DNA of 64,000 nt from a bacterium (GCA_030606215.1 JAUWGW010000004.1:13047-77046); one strand, 5' to 3'; shown: positions 29,155-38,821, counted from the stretch's first letter. Made by a program: numbers and translations. Notes: generated from the letters alone by a model not told the origin.

Positions 29155-29587
29155 TCTCTCTACGGAAGTCAGGATAACAAAAAGTCCTGAGGAGACACAA
29201 TCTCTCGGCGAAGAGATAGGGAGGGAATTAGTCCGTGGTGATATAGTTGCTATTACCGGAGAACTCGGTGCAGGCAAGACCTGTCTTGCGCAAGGGCTCG
29301 GGTGGGGGATAGGGATTGACCGTAAGGTATATATGACAAGCCCCTCCTTTACACTTATCAAAGAATACAGAGGAAGAATGCCCGTATGTCATATTGACCT
29401 TTTCAGGCTGAAGAATATAAAAGAGGCATATGACCTGCCAATTGAAGATTATTTCTTCGGAAGATGCGTAACAATCATTGAATGGGCAGATAAGATTGAA
29501 TCTCTTCTCCCCCCAGAACATTTAAGGATAGATATTGAAATTGTCTCAGAAAATGAACGACGAATCAAGATACATCCTCGGGATTGA
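29138..29587 (+). CDS. tsaE: t6A biosynthesis ATPase TsaE
   Basis: GELGAGKT, SPSFTL, HIDLFRL, IEW. Confidence 0.95.
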   Translation: MTTSSNLSTEVRITKSPEETQSLGEEIGRELVRGDIVAITGELGAGKTCLAQGLGWGIGIDRKVYMTSPSFTLIKEYRGRMPVCHIDLFRLKNIKEAYDLPIEDYFFGRCVTIIEWADKIESLLPPEHLRIDIEIVSENERRIKIHPRD

Positions 29588-30776
29588 AACAGCTGCCAGA
29601 ACCTGCAGCGTTGCTGTTGTCTCACAGAACAAGTTACGCCCCCACCTACCTCCTCCCCCCTTGAGGGGGAGGATAAAGGAGGGGGGCAAGGGGAATTCCT
29701 ATAGTGTTAAGGTGCTGGCTGAATATAATTCCGATACAGGAAATAACCACGGACCACATCTTATGCCTTTAATAGAGAAAGCTTTATCCGACTGCAATCT
29801 CAAACTCGCTGATGTTAGCGGTATAGCGGTTTCAACAGGGCCCGGCTCTTTCACGGGATTGCGCATCGGGATAGCTACCGCCAAGGGACTTGCTCTCGCA
29901 TCAGAGAAACCTGTGGTAGGCATCCCAACACTTGACGGATTGAGTTGCAATGTAATTCTTTCATCCAATGCAAATATTCACTCAACTATTATATGTCCTA
30001 TGCTTGATGCGCATAGAGGAGAAGTCTATAGTGCCCTCTATAAATATTCTGGGGAATTTGTGTTTCAAAAAATGACTCCCTATATGGTCCTGCCTCTTGA
30101 AGAACTCCTTGAGAAAATTACCGAAAAGACAATATTTGTTGGAGATATCAATCGCAAAATAATAGAAAAAAAACTTGGTGATAAAGCAATTTTTGCACTT
30201 GCCCAACTAAACCAGCCAAAAGCAACAAGTGTCGCATATCTCGGAATGCTCCGTGGGAACAAAGCTTACCCAGAGTTAAAGCCGATGTATCTGAGGAAAG
30301 CGAGAGCAGAAGAAGAGCAGGCGATAACGCTGGATGAGATGAAGGAAGAAGATATTGCCCAGATCATGGAAATTGAAAGGGAATCCTTTCCAAGTCCCTG
30401 GTCAGAAACCATGTTCAAAAATAGGGACAGGTCCGTTTTTCTTGTCGCACGGCTCAGAGAAAAAATTTTGGGTTATGCTGTGGGATTATTGATGACTGAT
30501 AAGCTGCATCTCGGCAATATGGCAGTTCACAAAGATTTTCGCGGTCGTGGTATTGCGAAAAAGCTCCTTCAACAAATCATTGATATCGCTCGCTCAAAGG
30601 AAATGGGGTTTGTAACACTCGAAGTGCGTGCAGGGAATATTCGCGCCCAGAATCTCTATAGAAAACTTGGTTTCAAACCCACTGGGAGGAAGAAAGAATA
30701 CTACCAGGATACAAAAGAAGACGCAGTAATTATGACACTCAAAATCAGGATTCAGGACAGGACACCCAAAATATGA
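29553..30776 (+). CDS. tsaB: TsaB fused to RimI-like N-acetyltransferase (contains an in-frame repeat)
   Basis: ILGIETA, GPGSFTGLRIG, DAHRGEVY, PMYLR; then F.SPWS, FRGRGIA, LEVRAGN, YYQD..EDA. Confidence 0.93.
   Translation: MNDESRYILGIETAARTCSVAVVSQNKLRPHLPPPPLRGRIKEGGKGNSYSVKVLAEYNSDTGNNHGPHLMPLIEKALSDCNLKLADVSGIAVSTGPGSFTGLRIGIATAKGLALASEKPVVGIPTLDGLSCNVILSSNANIHSTIICPMLDAHRGEVYSALYKYSGEFVFQKMTPYMVLPLEELLEKITEKTIFVGDINRKIIEKKLGDKAIFALAQLNQPKATSVAYLGMLRGNKAYPELKPMYLRKARAEEEQAITLDEMKEEDIAQIMEIERESFPSPWSETMFKNRDRSVFLVARLREKILGYAVGLLMTDKLHLGNMAVHKDFRGRGIAKKLLQQIIDIARSKEMGFVTLEVRAGNIRAQNLYRKLGFKPTGRKKEYYQDTKEDAVIMTLKIRIQDRTPKI
29639..29686. repeat. palindromic repeat family B, in frame within tsaB
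   Basis: CCCCCACCTACCTCCTCCCCCCTTGAGGGGGAGGATAAAGGAGGGGGG; near-identical intergenic copy at 38822-38871. Confidence 0.85.
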
Positions 30777-31921
30777 CACATAGGCAGATGACAACATATG
30801 CTGAGATAAATCTTGAAACTGCAAGGCGGAATCTGGCTCTTGTAAAAGAAAGAGTGGGAGAAAATGTAGCCATAATGGCTGTTGTGAAAGCAGATGCATA
30901 CTCGCATGGAGCGGTTGAACTGGCACGCGCATTCCTGAAAAGCGGAGCAAAATTTTTAGCTGCGGCTAATGTTGAGGAAGGAATAAAACTTCGCTCAGCC
31001 GGGGTAAATTCACCTATCATTGTTCTAAATCCAATCCTTCCGGAAGAAGTGGAGAAAATCCTGAAATATGACTTAACTCCGACAGTAGATAATCTCAGAA
31101 TCTGCGAGCTGCTCAACGAAAAGAGCGAGAAAAGGGGTGGGGGGAAAGTGCACATCCATGTTGAGGTTAATACCGGGATGGGGAGAGGGGGATTTTTCCC
31201 GGGCGAGGTGGTTTCTGAACTTAGCAGGATAAAACAACTAAAAAATATAATTATTGAAGGTATATTCACACATTTCCCCTCCGGCGAGGATAAAGATTTT
31301 ACAATGGGACAGATTGCTGAGTTCAAAGAAATACTCCTGAAACTTGAAGAGGCTCAAATTAATATCCCGTATAAACATTCAGCAAACAGCGCAGGGCTGC
31401 TTAACTATTCTGAGAGTTTTTTCAATATGGTCCGTCCCGGGCTCTGTCTTTATGGTATATTCCCATTTCCTTCTGTAAATAGAAGTATTGCCGTAAGACC
31501 GGTCCTCGCACTAAAATCAAAGATAACTCAAAAGAGGGAAGTCCCTGCGGGGTTAACCCTGAGTTACGGTAGAACTTATACCACAACCCGTAAAGCTTTT
31601 ATCGGGACAATACCAGTTGGATACTCACACGGATACGACAGGAGGCTCTCAAATAAGGCAGACGTCCTTGTGAGAGGAAAAAGGTGTCCTGTTGTGGGGA
31701 CAGTATGTATGGATAGATGCCTTGTTGACCTCACTAATATCCCTGAAGTAGAAGAAGGGGAAGAAGTTGTTCTCATAGGAAAACAGGCTTGTCCCCGCGA
31801 AAGCGGGGGGCAGGAATCAATCTCCGTTGAAGAACTCGCTGAGAAAGCGGGAACCATCCCACATGAAATCATATCGCGTCTCAAAGTCCCAAGAATCTAC
31901 ACCACCACTCCTGCCCGCTAA
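30773..31921 (+). CDS. alr: alanine racemase
   Basis: AVVKADAYSHG PLP-Lys motif, GMGR, ANSAG, VRPG, SYG, CMD. Confidence 0.96.
   Translation: MTHRQMTTYAEINLETARRNLALVKERVGENVAIMAVVKADAYSHGAVELARAFLKSGAKFLAAANVEEGIKLRSAGVNSPIIVLNPILPEEVEKILKYDLTPTVDNLRICELLNEKSEKRGGGKVHIHVEVNTGMGRGGFFPGEVVSELSRIKQLKNIIIEGIFTHFPSGEDKDFTMGQIAEFKEILLKLEEAQINIPYKHSANSAGLLNYSESFFNMVRPGLCLYGIFPFPSVNRSIAVRPVLALKSKITQKREVPAGLTLSYGRTYTTTRKAFIGTIPVGYSHGYDRRLSNKADVLVRGKRCPVVGTVCMDRCLVDLTNIPEVEEGEEVVLIGKQACPRESGGQESISVEELAEKAGTIPHEIISRLKVPRIYTTTPAR
31787..31808. repeat. REP-like hairpin family C, in frame within alr
   Basis: GCTTGT-CCCCGC-GAAA-GCGGGG, encoding ACPRESG. Confidence 0.75.
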
Positions 31922-32604
31922 TCACTGTCTCTGCCGCTGAGGATGAGTGTGAACTCTCCTCTTGGATTTTCCTCTTCAAAAACTTCAATCAATTCCGAGA
32001 CCCTGCCCCGCAATATCTCTTCAAATTTCTTTGTAAGTTCCCTGCCAATAAACAGGAATCTATCCCCGATTATCTCTTTAATATCTCTCAGTGTGGAAAG
32101 CAAGCGATGGGGAGCTTCATAGAAAATTATTGTTCTGGGTTCATTCCGCAATTCCCGAAGTTCTCTCTTCCTCCGGCCGCTTTTTGAAGAAAGCCACCCA
32201 TAAAAAATGAAATTCACGCCTGGCATACCTGATACAGAAAGAGCTGTGGTCAATGCAGCCGGTCCCGGAATGGGAACAATCGGGATATCTTTGCCCAGAG
32301 CCAGTCTAATAAGGTAGGAACCCGGATCAGAAATCCCCGGAGTTCCTGCATTTGACACGAGCGCAATTTTCCTGCCCTCACTTAGAAGCCGCAGGAGTCC
32401 CTCAGCTTGTCTGGCCCTGTTATACCGGTAGTAACTTTTAAGAGGTGTTTTTATTCCGTAGTGACTGGTGAGTTTTCTCGTGAGGCGCGTATCTTCAGCC
32501 GCAATAAAATCTACTTCTTTTAAGACTCGTATAGCTCTTAAGGTTATATCTTCAAGGTTGCCTATAGGAGTGCTTACCACATAAAGACAACCACCGGGCA
32601 TCAT
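31918..32604 (-). CDS. rsmI: 16S rRNA (cytidine1402-2'-O)-methyltransferase
   Basis: TPIGNLEDIT, AEDTR, AGTPGISDPG, YEAPHR, RELTKKFEE. Confidence 0.96.
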   Translation of the reverse strand: MMPGGCLYVVSTPIGNLEDITLRAIRVLKEVDFIAAEDTRLTRKLTSHYGIKTPLKSYYRYNRARQAEGLLRLLSEGRKIALVSNAGTPGISDPGSYLIRLALGKDIPIVPIPGPAALTTALSVSGMPGVNFIFYGWLSSKSGRRKRELRELRNEPRTIIFYEAPHRLLSTLRDIKEIIGDRFLFIGRELTKKFEEILRGRVSELIEVFEEENPRGEFTLILSGRDSD

Positions 32605-32606
32605 AC

Positions 32607-33599
32607 CTATTCATTTGCTCCGCGGAGCTGCGCAAAAATCATCTTCCCCGCAGAAGTTTGCAGGACACTTGTAATCACAACGTCCACAGTCAAGCCTGTG
32701 CTCTTTCTCGCATTCTCAACCACCACCATTGTCCCATCATCAAGATAACCAACTCCCTGATTATGCTCCTTACCCTCTTTCACTATCTTTACAGCCATTA
32801 TTTCACCGGGCAGGACTACAGGTTTCATAGCGTTGGCAAGCTCATTTATATTCAGAACACGGACACCTTCCAGTTCAGCAATTCTGTTCAAATTGTAATC
32901 ATTGGTAATAAGCTCAGCATCCATAACTTTCCCAAGTTTGACAAGTTTACTGTCCACACCGTCAACCTCCGGAAAATCCATATCCTGGATTGTAACATTC
33001 ATTTTCGGGTCTTTTTGCATTTTGTTAAGAATTTCAAGGCCTCTTCGTCCACGCTTCCGCTTGAGGGAATCAGGGCAGTCTGCTATAGTATGCAGTTCGT
33101 GGAGGACAAACCGTGGAATAACAAGGCTGCCTCCAAGAAATCCTGTCCTGCTGATATCAGCAACACGCCCATCAATTATGACGCTCGTATCAAGTATTCT
33201 TAATCCTGTATTCTCTCCCACGCTGCCCTTCAAAAATGCAGGAAGAGTAAAATCGGCTTTTCTCTCAAGACTCATGATTACTCCCAGATATCCAAGTGCA
33301 ATATTAAGCCCGAGCGGCACTATAAACCTGTTCATTCCTCCAATAGGGATCAGATAAAAAGGAATTGACAGAAGGTTCGCTGCCGCAAGCCCCATTATCA
33401 AACCTGAAGTAGCGACGCCAAGCTCTTTAAGAGAAGCTCCCCTCAATACCCCCCTTTCAAAACCAACGATTAAAATAGCCATAACCCCGCCTGCAATTGC
33501 TCCATGCATACCGAGTTCCAGACCAAACCGAGGTCCAATATAATAACCAACTGCAACACATACAACAATAAGAAGTAATCTAATCAAATTTATAAGCAT
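32607..33599 (-). CDS. PIN/TRAM domain membrane protein (YacL family)
   Basis: TM helices, LDTSVIIDGR, RGRRGL, TNDYNL, QGVGYLDDGTMVVVE. Confidence 0.93.
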   Translation of the reverse strand: MLINLIRLLLIVVCVAVGYYIGPRFGLELGMHGAIAGGVMAILIVGFERGVLRGASLKELGVATSGLIMGLAAANLLSIPFYLIPIGGMNRFIVPLGLNIALGYLGVIMSLERKADFTLPAFLKGSVGENTGLRILDTSVIIDGRVADISRTGFLGGSLVIPRFVLHELHTIADCPDSLKRKRGRRGLEILNKMQKDPKMNVTIQDMDFPEVDGVDSKLVKLGKVMDAELITNDYNLNRIAELEGVRVLNINELANAMKPVVLPGEIMAVKIVKEGKEHNQGVGYLDDGTMVVVENARKSTGLTVDVVITSVLQTSAGKMIFAQLRGANE

Positions 33600-33611
33600 T
33601 TTTCTCGCTCC

Positions 33612-34937
33612 TTATTCACCTCTCATGGAAAGAGGCTCAAACCTTGTATACTCACTTATAAAAGCAAGCCTCACGGTCCCAACAGGACCATTACGCTGTT
33701 TTGCAATAATCACCTCAGCCTCCCCCTGCTTTTTCTTCGGGTCATAATATTCTTCACGCAGGAGAAGTATAACCACGTCAGCGTCCTGCTCAATTGCACC
33801 TGATTCACGCAAATCAGATAACTGAGGACGATGGTCCGCTCTCGCCTCTACGGCGCGGCTCAACTGAGAAATAGCCACCACAGGAATCCTCAACTCTCTC
33901 GCCAGGGATTTTAGAGAGCGGGATATCTCGGAGATTTCCTGCTGTTTGTTATCTGCTCTCCCGGACCACTGCATTAATTGCAGATAATCTATAATAATCA
34001 ACCCTATATTTTCTCTTGCGTTCAAGCGTCTTGCTTTTGCTCTCAACTCAAGCACAGGAATAGCAGGAGTATCGTCAATAAATATTGGCGCTTCCGAAAG
34101 CCTGCCTGCGGCTATAGTCAGTCTCGGGAAAGCTTCCTCGCTAAGGAAACCCGTGCGCAGTTTATACGCACTTACCCTTGCCTCAGCGCAAAGCATCCTT
34201 TGAACCAGTTGTTCTCTGGACGTTTCCAGGCTGAAGAATGCAACCGGGACTTTCTCTCTGATAGCGGCTGTTTGAGCAATATTAATCGCAAGACTTGATT
34301 TTCCCATTGAAGGCCGCCCGGCAATTATTATCAAATCAGAAAGCTGCAATCCGGAAGTTATTTCGTCAAGATCATCAAATCCTGTTGAAATACCTGTAAC
34401 AAGCTGTTTGTTCCTGTAAAGTGCTTCAACCGTCTCCAGACTGTCATGGATAATATCTTTCAGGCGGATGAAATCCTGCCCCGGTTTATCTCTGGAGAGG
34501 TTATATATTGACTGCTCAACCCTGTCAACAAAAAGACCAACATCATCAGGACTTCCATAACACTCATCTGCAACCTTATTCAAGAGGTTTATCATATCCC
34601 GCAGGACCGCTTTCTCCTTCACAATCTTCGCATAATACTCAACATTTTCCGAAGTAGGAACGCCATCCACCAGCCCTGTCAGATAACTTGCTCCACCAAC
34701 TGCCTCCAGATTTCCATCCCTGCGCAATTGCTCTGTAATTGTAACAAGGTCAATCGCCTCATCTTTTCCAAACAATTCAACCATGGCAGAAAATATCTTT
34801 CTATGAGCTTCTCTGTAAAAACCTTCTTTATTGAGAAGCTCAATGCACCTGTACACAGCATTTGAAGTCATCAGCATTGAACCGAGGACAGACATTTCTG
34901 CCTCAACGTTCTGTGGTGGGATTCTCTCCTGTTCCAT
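33612..34937 (-). CDS. dnaB: replicative DNA helicase
   Basis: PPQN.EAE, GRPSMGKS, IDYLQL, SQLSR, SDLRESGAIEQDAD, KQRNGP. Confidence 0.98.
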   Translation of the reverse strand: MEQERIPPQNVEAEMSVLGSMLMTSNAVYRCIELLNKEGFYREAHRKIFSAMVELFGKDEAIDLVTITEQLRRDGNLEAVGGASYLTGLVDGVPTSENVEYYAKIVKEKAVLRDMINLLNKVADECYGSPDDVGLFVDRVEQSIYNLSRDKPGQDFIRLKDIIHDSLETVEALYRNKQLVTGISTGFDDLDEITSGLQLSDLIIIAGRPSMGKSSLAINIAQTAAIREKVPVAFFSLETSREQLVQRMLCAEARVSAYKLRTGFLSEEAFPRLTIAAGRLSEAPIFIDDTPAIPVLELRAKARRLNARENIGLIIIDYLQLMQWSGRADNKQQEISEISRSLKSLARELRIPVVAISQLSRAVEARADHRPQLSDLRESGAIEQDADVVILLLREEYYDPKKKQGEAEVIIAKQRNGPVGTVRLAFISEYTRFEPLSMRGE

Positions 34938-35380
34938 TATTTTTTCACAACCCACACCTTTACAGTTGTGGTGATTTCAGGATGGACTCTAACCTGGATT
35001 TCATAAACTCCAAGTTTCCTGATGTGTTCAGCAAGCAGAATATTCCGCCTGTCTATCTCAACTCCTTCCTCGTTAAGTGCTCTTGCAATATCCATAGATG
35101 TAACAGAACCAAACAACTTCTCATCTTCGCCAACTTCAACCGGAATTGTCAGCGATGCAGCAGTCAGCTTTTCAGCCAGAATTTCCGCAGACTTCTTCTC
35201 CTTTTCCTTCCTGATAATTTCCCCGCGTTTCTGCTCCTCTACTATTTTCATACTCGCAGGTGTAGCAGGTAGAGCCAAGCCGCGTGGAATCAGGAAGTTG
35301 CGCCCATAACCCGGTTTAACTTCAACCACATCTCCGGATGAGCCAAGATTCTCTACTTGTTTCCTGAGTATTACCTTCAC
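34937..35380 (-). CDS. rplI: 50S ribosomal protein L9
   Basis: MKVIL, VKPGYGRNFLIP, LFGSVT. Confidence 0.97.
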   Translation of the reverse strand: MKVILRKQVENLGSSGDVVEVKPGYGRNFLIPRGLALPATPASMKIVEEQKRGEIIRKEKEKKSAEILAEKLTAASLTIPVEVGEDEKLFGSVTSMDIARALNEEGVEIDRRNILLAEHIRKLGVYEIQVRVHPEITTTVKVWVVKK

Positions 35381-35628
35381 TATTCTGCCTTAAAAGGTAG
35401 AAGTGCAACCTGTCTTGCTCTCTTTACCGCTGTTGAGAGCTGTCTTTGATGCTTACTGCAATTTCCAGAAATCCTGCCCGGCAATATTTTCCCTCTCTCA
35501 GTGATATAATTACGCAATCTATAGACATCCTTAAAATCAATCCTGTCAACTTTATCAGCACAGAACTTGCATACTTTTTTTCGCAGTGGACGCCGCCGCT
35601 TACGAGTTTGAGTTTTTCTCCTGACCAA
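35380..35628 (-). CDS. rpsR: 30S ribosomal protein S18 (Zn-ribbon form)
   Basis: CKFC, IDFKD, ERGKI, C.KHQR, ALLPF; TTG start after GGAGG. Confidence 0.95.
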   Translation of the reverse strand: MVRRKTQTRKRRRPLRKKVCKFCADKVDRIDFKDVYRLRNYITERGKILPGRISGNCSKHQRQLSTAVKRARQVALLPFKAE

Positions 35629-36058
35629 TTCCTCCACCCTCCTCAGAGATTTTTTCCTCAACTACAGGGTTGCTTTCTGCACCCTGCTCACCTTCCCTTA
35701 CACCTGCACCTGCATTCGCGCGATCGCCTCTCCTCCCAAGAAACTGGATACGACCGGCAACAACCTCAAGTGCGCTACGCTTTTCACCATTACTTGTTTC
35801 CCAGTTGCGACTCTGCAGCCTTCCTTCAACGAAAACAGGGCTGCCTTTGCTCAGATACTCACCACAGATTTCAGCCTGTTTACGCCAGACAACAACAGTG
35901 ACAAAGCACGTTTCTTCTTTCTTCTCTCCTTCTTTTGTGGTGTAGACCCTGTTGACCGCAATCCTCAAATTTGAGACAGCGTCTCCGCTCGGAACGTAAC
36001 GCAGTTCCGGGTCTCTTACGAGATTGCCGATAAGAAAAACCCGATTCAAACTTGCCAT
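35600..36058 (-). CDS. ssb: single-stranded DNA-binding protein
   Basis: [31 protein letters not shown]; located between rpsF and rpsR. Confidence 0.95.
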   Translation of the reverse strand: MASLNRVFLIGNLVRDPELRYVPSGDAVSNLRIAVNRVYTTKEGEKKEETCFVTVVVWRKQAEICGEYLSKGSPVFVEGRLQSRNWETSNGEKRSALEVVAGRIQFLGRRGDRANAGAGVREGEQGAESNPVVEEKISEEGGGIGQEKNSNS

Positions 36059-36077
36059 TTCTCCATCCCCCAATTAG

Positions 36078-36362
36078 CTAACTCTTTTGCAAGAACATAC
36101 ACCTCAAGATATTCTCTGCTAACCCACAAGTTCTTCTCAACTCACCTGTTATTTTCTCACCCCCTTTGAAAGTGAGCAGAATATAAATTGCCTCTGCCTT
36201 ACCTTTAATCTTGTAAGCCAGTCTTCTCCTCCCCCATCTTTCCCAGTTTTCAATTTCGCCGCCTCCACTTGTAATCACTCCTTCAACAAGCCCTTTTATC
36301 CCGGTGACACCCTCTTCATCAAGTTCCGGGTTTGCAAGTAAAACACCCTCATACTCTCTCAT
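36078..36362 (-). CDS. rpsF: 30S ribosomal protein S6
   Basis: MREYE, WGRRRLAYKI. Confidence 0.95.
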   Translation of the reverse strand: MREYEGVLLANPELDEEGVTGIKGLVEGVITSGGGEIENWERWGRRRLAYKIKGKAEAIYILLTFKGGEKITGELRRTCGLAENILRCMFLQKS

Positions 36363-36432
36363 GACTCTACCCCTTTTTAGCTGGCAACTATTTGCAATGA
36401 TATCACAGTTAATTTACTTCTGCCAACTATTT

Positions 36433-37521
36433 TTATCTAAAATGAAAATAGATAATGTCTCCGTCCTGTACAATGTAACCTCTCCCTTCAACCCTCAAAA
36501 ACCCTTTTTCCTTAGCCTGCTTGATACCGGCACAGCGCTCAAAATCCGGGAAGGAGACCACCTCAGCCTTTATAAACCCCCGCTCCATATCAGAATGAAT
36601 TTTCCCTGCCGCAGTTGGAGCCGACGTTCCCTGTTTCGCAGTCCACGCATTCACCTTCCCTCCAACAACAGTATAGAATGTAATCAACTGTAAGGCTTGA
36701 AAACTCGTAGTTATGAGTTTCTCCAGAGCTGTCGCAGTCAGTCCAAACTCCCGGCGAAATTCCTCCGCCTCTTCCCCGGTTAACTTTTGAAGTTCTGACT
36801 CAAGAAGTGCTGAAATGTAAAGGAGAGGGAATCCTTCAGCTTTCGCAAAATCCTCAAGCAGGGGCAAGCTTGCCTGCCCGCTTCCACTGCCACCTTCCTC
36901 AACATTTGCAACATATATTATGGGTTTTGCTGTTAGGAAATTTAGCATATCTGAACGGGGCACCTCAGCCCCTGCGCAAGCAGGGGCCTGTCCCCGCATG
37001 CTTAAAGCGGGGATTAGCCTGCGCCGCAGAGGAATACCTTTCTGAAGCGCATCCTTTGCTCTTAGAAGGATTTCTTTCTCTTCATTAGGAGATTTATCCT
37101 CCACTTTTTCAAGACGGCGTTCCACCATCTCCAAATCCGAAAGGGCAAGTTCCGTATGGACCACTTTAACATCCTCAACCGGGTTTAGCTCCCCTTTCCC
37201 AAAACAGCGAACAACATGCAGTATAGCATCAACTTGCCTGATTTCAGCAAGGAATCTATTCCCCAGTCCCTCCCCGCAACTCGCACCTTTAACAAGACCA
37301 GCAATGTCTATGAACTTAAGTGTTTCCGGCTGCAATTCATCGGGCTTAAGAAGTGTCCTGAGCTTATTGAGACGAACATCCGGAATTCTTACTACACCTA
37401 TATTCGGATTGATTGTGCAGAAAGGATAATCAGAAACCTCGGCATTGTTAGAAGTCAGGCAATTAAAGATGGTGGATTTGCCTACATTTGGCAGTCCAAC
37501 AATTCCACAACTAAAGCTCAT
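36433..37521 (-). CDS. ychF: redox-regulated ATPase YchF
   Basis: GIVGLPNVGKST, YPFCTI, DIAGLV, GLGN.FL, LTAKP, AGKIHSD, GFIKAE. Confidence 0.96.
   Translation of the reverse strand: MSFSCGIVGLPNVGKSTIFNCLTSNNAEVSDYPFCTINPNIGVVRIPDVRLNKLRTLLKPDELQPETLKFIDIAGLVKGASCGEGLGNRFLAEIRQVDAILHVVRCFGKGELNPVEDVKVVHTELALSDLEMVERRLEKVEDKSPNEEKEILLRAKDALQKGIPLRRRLIPALSMRGQAPACAGAEVPRSDMLNFLTAKPIIYVANVEEGGSGSGQASLPLLEDFAKAEGFPLLYISALLESELQKLTGEEAEEFRREFGLTATALEKLITTSFQALQLITFYTVVGGKVNAWTAKQGTSAPTAAGKIHSDMERGFIKAEVVSFPDFERCAGIKQAKEKGFLRVEGRGYIVQDGDIIYFHFR
36969..37013. repeat. double-hairpin repeat (family C), in frame within ychF
   Basis: CCCCTGC-GCAA-GCAGGGG followed by GCCTG-TCCCCGC-ATGCTTAAA-GCGGGGA. 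Confidence 0.75.
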
Positions 37522-37522
37522 G

Positions 37523-38077
37523 TCAGTTAAACATGCTCATCGCAGTGCTGAGCCCTTCCCGGATAATAATTTGAATTGCAGTCACGCCTCTCTCAATAGC
37601 CTCTTCAATCACCGGTTCTTCATGCGGAGAAAACTCCCCGAGGACAAACTCCGTATCTGAGCCCATATCTCCTCTTCCTATTCCAATCCGTATACGGGGG
37701 AATTTCTTCGAGCCAAGAGCTAATATTATGGATTCAACTCCCTTGTGTCCTCCTGCACTTCCTTCAGACCGTATGCGGATTTTCCCCAGGCTTAAATTCA
37801 TATCATCGTAAATTACAAGTAAGTCCTGAAGGTCAAAAGAGTAGTAACGCATAAAAGAGTTGATTGCTTTCCCGCTCAGGTTGACATAGGTGAGAGGTTT
37901 TACAAGGAAAACCATCTCACTATCAACCTTGCCTTTCCCGAACACGGAAAAATGTTTCCTCTGACACAGTTCAATCCCGGAAACAGATGAAAATTTATCA
38001 ATCACCATGAACCCAGCATTATGCCGTGTTTTCTCATATTTTCTCGCAGGATTTCCCAACCCAACGACCACTTTCAT
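37523..38077 (-). CDS. pth: peptidyl-tRNA hydrolase
   Basis: VGLGNP, TRHNAGF, KPLTY.NLSG, GSAGGHKG, RIRIGIG. Confidence 0.96.
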   Translation of the reverse strand: MKVVVGLGNPARKYEKTRHNAGFMVIDKFSSVSGIELCQRKHFSVFGKGKVDSEMVFLVKPLTYVNLSGKAINSFMRYYSFDLQDLLVIYDDMNLSLGKIRIRSEGSAGGHKGVESIILALGSKKFPRIRIGIGRGDMGSDTEFVLGEFSPHEEPVIEEAIERGVTAIQIIIREGLSTAMSMFN

Positions 38078-38078
38078 A

Positions 38079-38804
38079 TCACTCCTTACCCTTGCCTCTT
38101 TCCTTCTCTTTCCCTTTCTCTTTCTCTTTCCCTTTCCCCTTGCCTCCTTCTTCCTCTTTTTCCTCTTCTTTTTCAGCCTCTTCCTCAGGCTTCTCCTCCT
38201 CGCCCACAAGCTCCGGTTCAGCCACTTCCTCTGCCACTTCCTCCTCAACCACTCTGGGCGCTATAACTGAGACAACTACCCTATCGTCTTCAGTTACAAT
38301 TTCCACACCCTCCGGTGAGCTCACATCTCGCACATGGATTAAATTTCCAATCTTAAGGTCTGTTACATCAACTTCAATATTCCCCGGTATTTTATCTGCG
38401 AGACATTCAACCTCAACCTCACGCAATACATGCTCCAGAACACCCCCTTCTTTCTCCCCGGCAGATTCACCAACTGTTACAACCGGAACTGAAACCTTCA
38501 TCTTCTCAGTGAGCTTCACCCTGAAAAAATCAATATGCTGTAGTCTTCCCCATATAGGGTCAAACTGTTCCTCCCTGATAATAGCAGGAGTGGCAGCTTT
38601 GCCAACCCTTAACTCAATGACAGTATGTTCCCCTCCAGCACGCCTGACCTTCTCAAAATCCCTCTCTTTCACTTGAAGAGGCACAACCTTCTGTTTCGTC
38701 CCGTAGAGGATAGCTGGAACAAACCCTTCTCTACGAAGCTTCCTCGCAGCTCCTTTCCCTGCCTTTTCCCTTACTTCCCCTTCTAATGTTAACCGCTCCA
38801 TCAT
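38079..38804 (-). CDS. rplY: 50S ribosomal protein L25 / Ctc (long form)
   Basis: GKGAARKLRR, VPAILYG, HIDF, C-terminal TL5 domain, E/K-rich tail. Confidence 0.95.
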   Translation of the reverse strand: MMERLTLEGEVREKAGKGAARKLRREGFVPAILYGTKQKVVPLQVKERDFEKVRRAGGEHTVIELRVGKAATPAIIREEQFDPIWGRLQHIDFFRVKLTEKMKVSVPVVTVGESAGEKEGGVLEHVLREVEVECLADKIPGNIEVDVTDLKIGNLIHVRDVSSPEGVEIVTEDDRVVVSVIAPRVVEEEVAEEVAEPELVGEEEKPEEEAEKEEEKEEEGGKGKGKEKEKGKEKERGKGKE

Positions 38805-38821
38805 ATCTCCCTCAAGATACA

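Noticed and set aside
38078-38248. Arg/Lys-rich extension of Pth and antisense low-complexity ORFs (38007-38676)
   Set aside because: Alternative-frame readings of the E/K-rich tail of L25.
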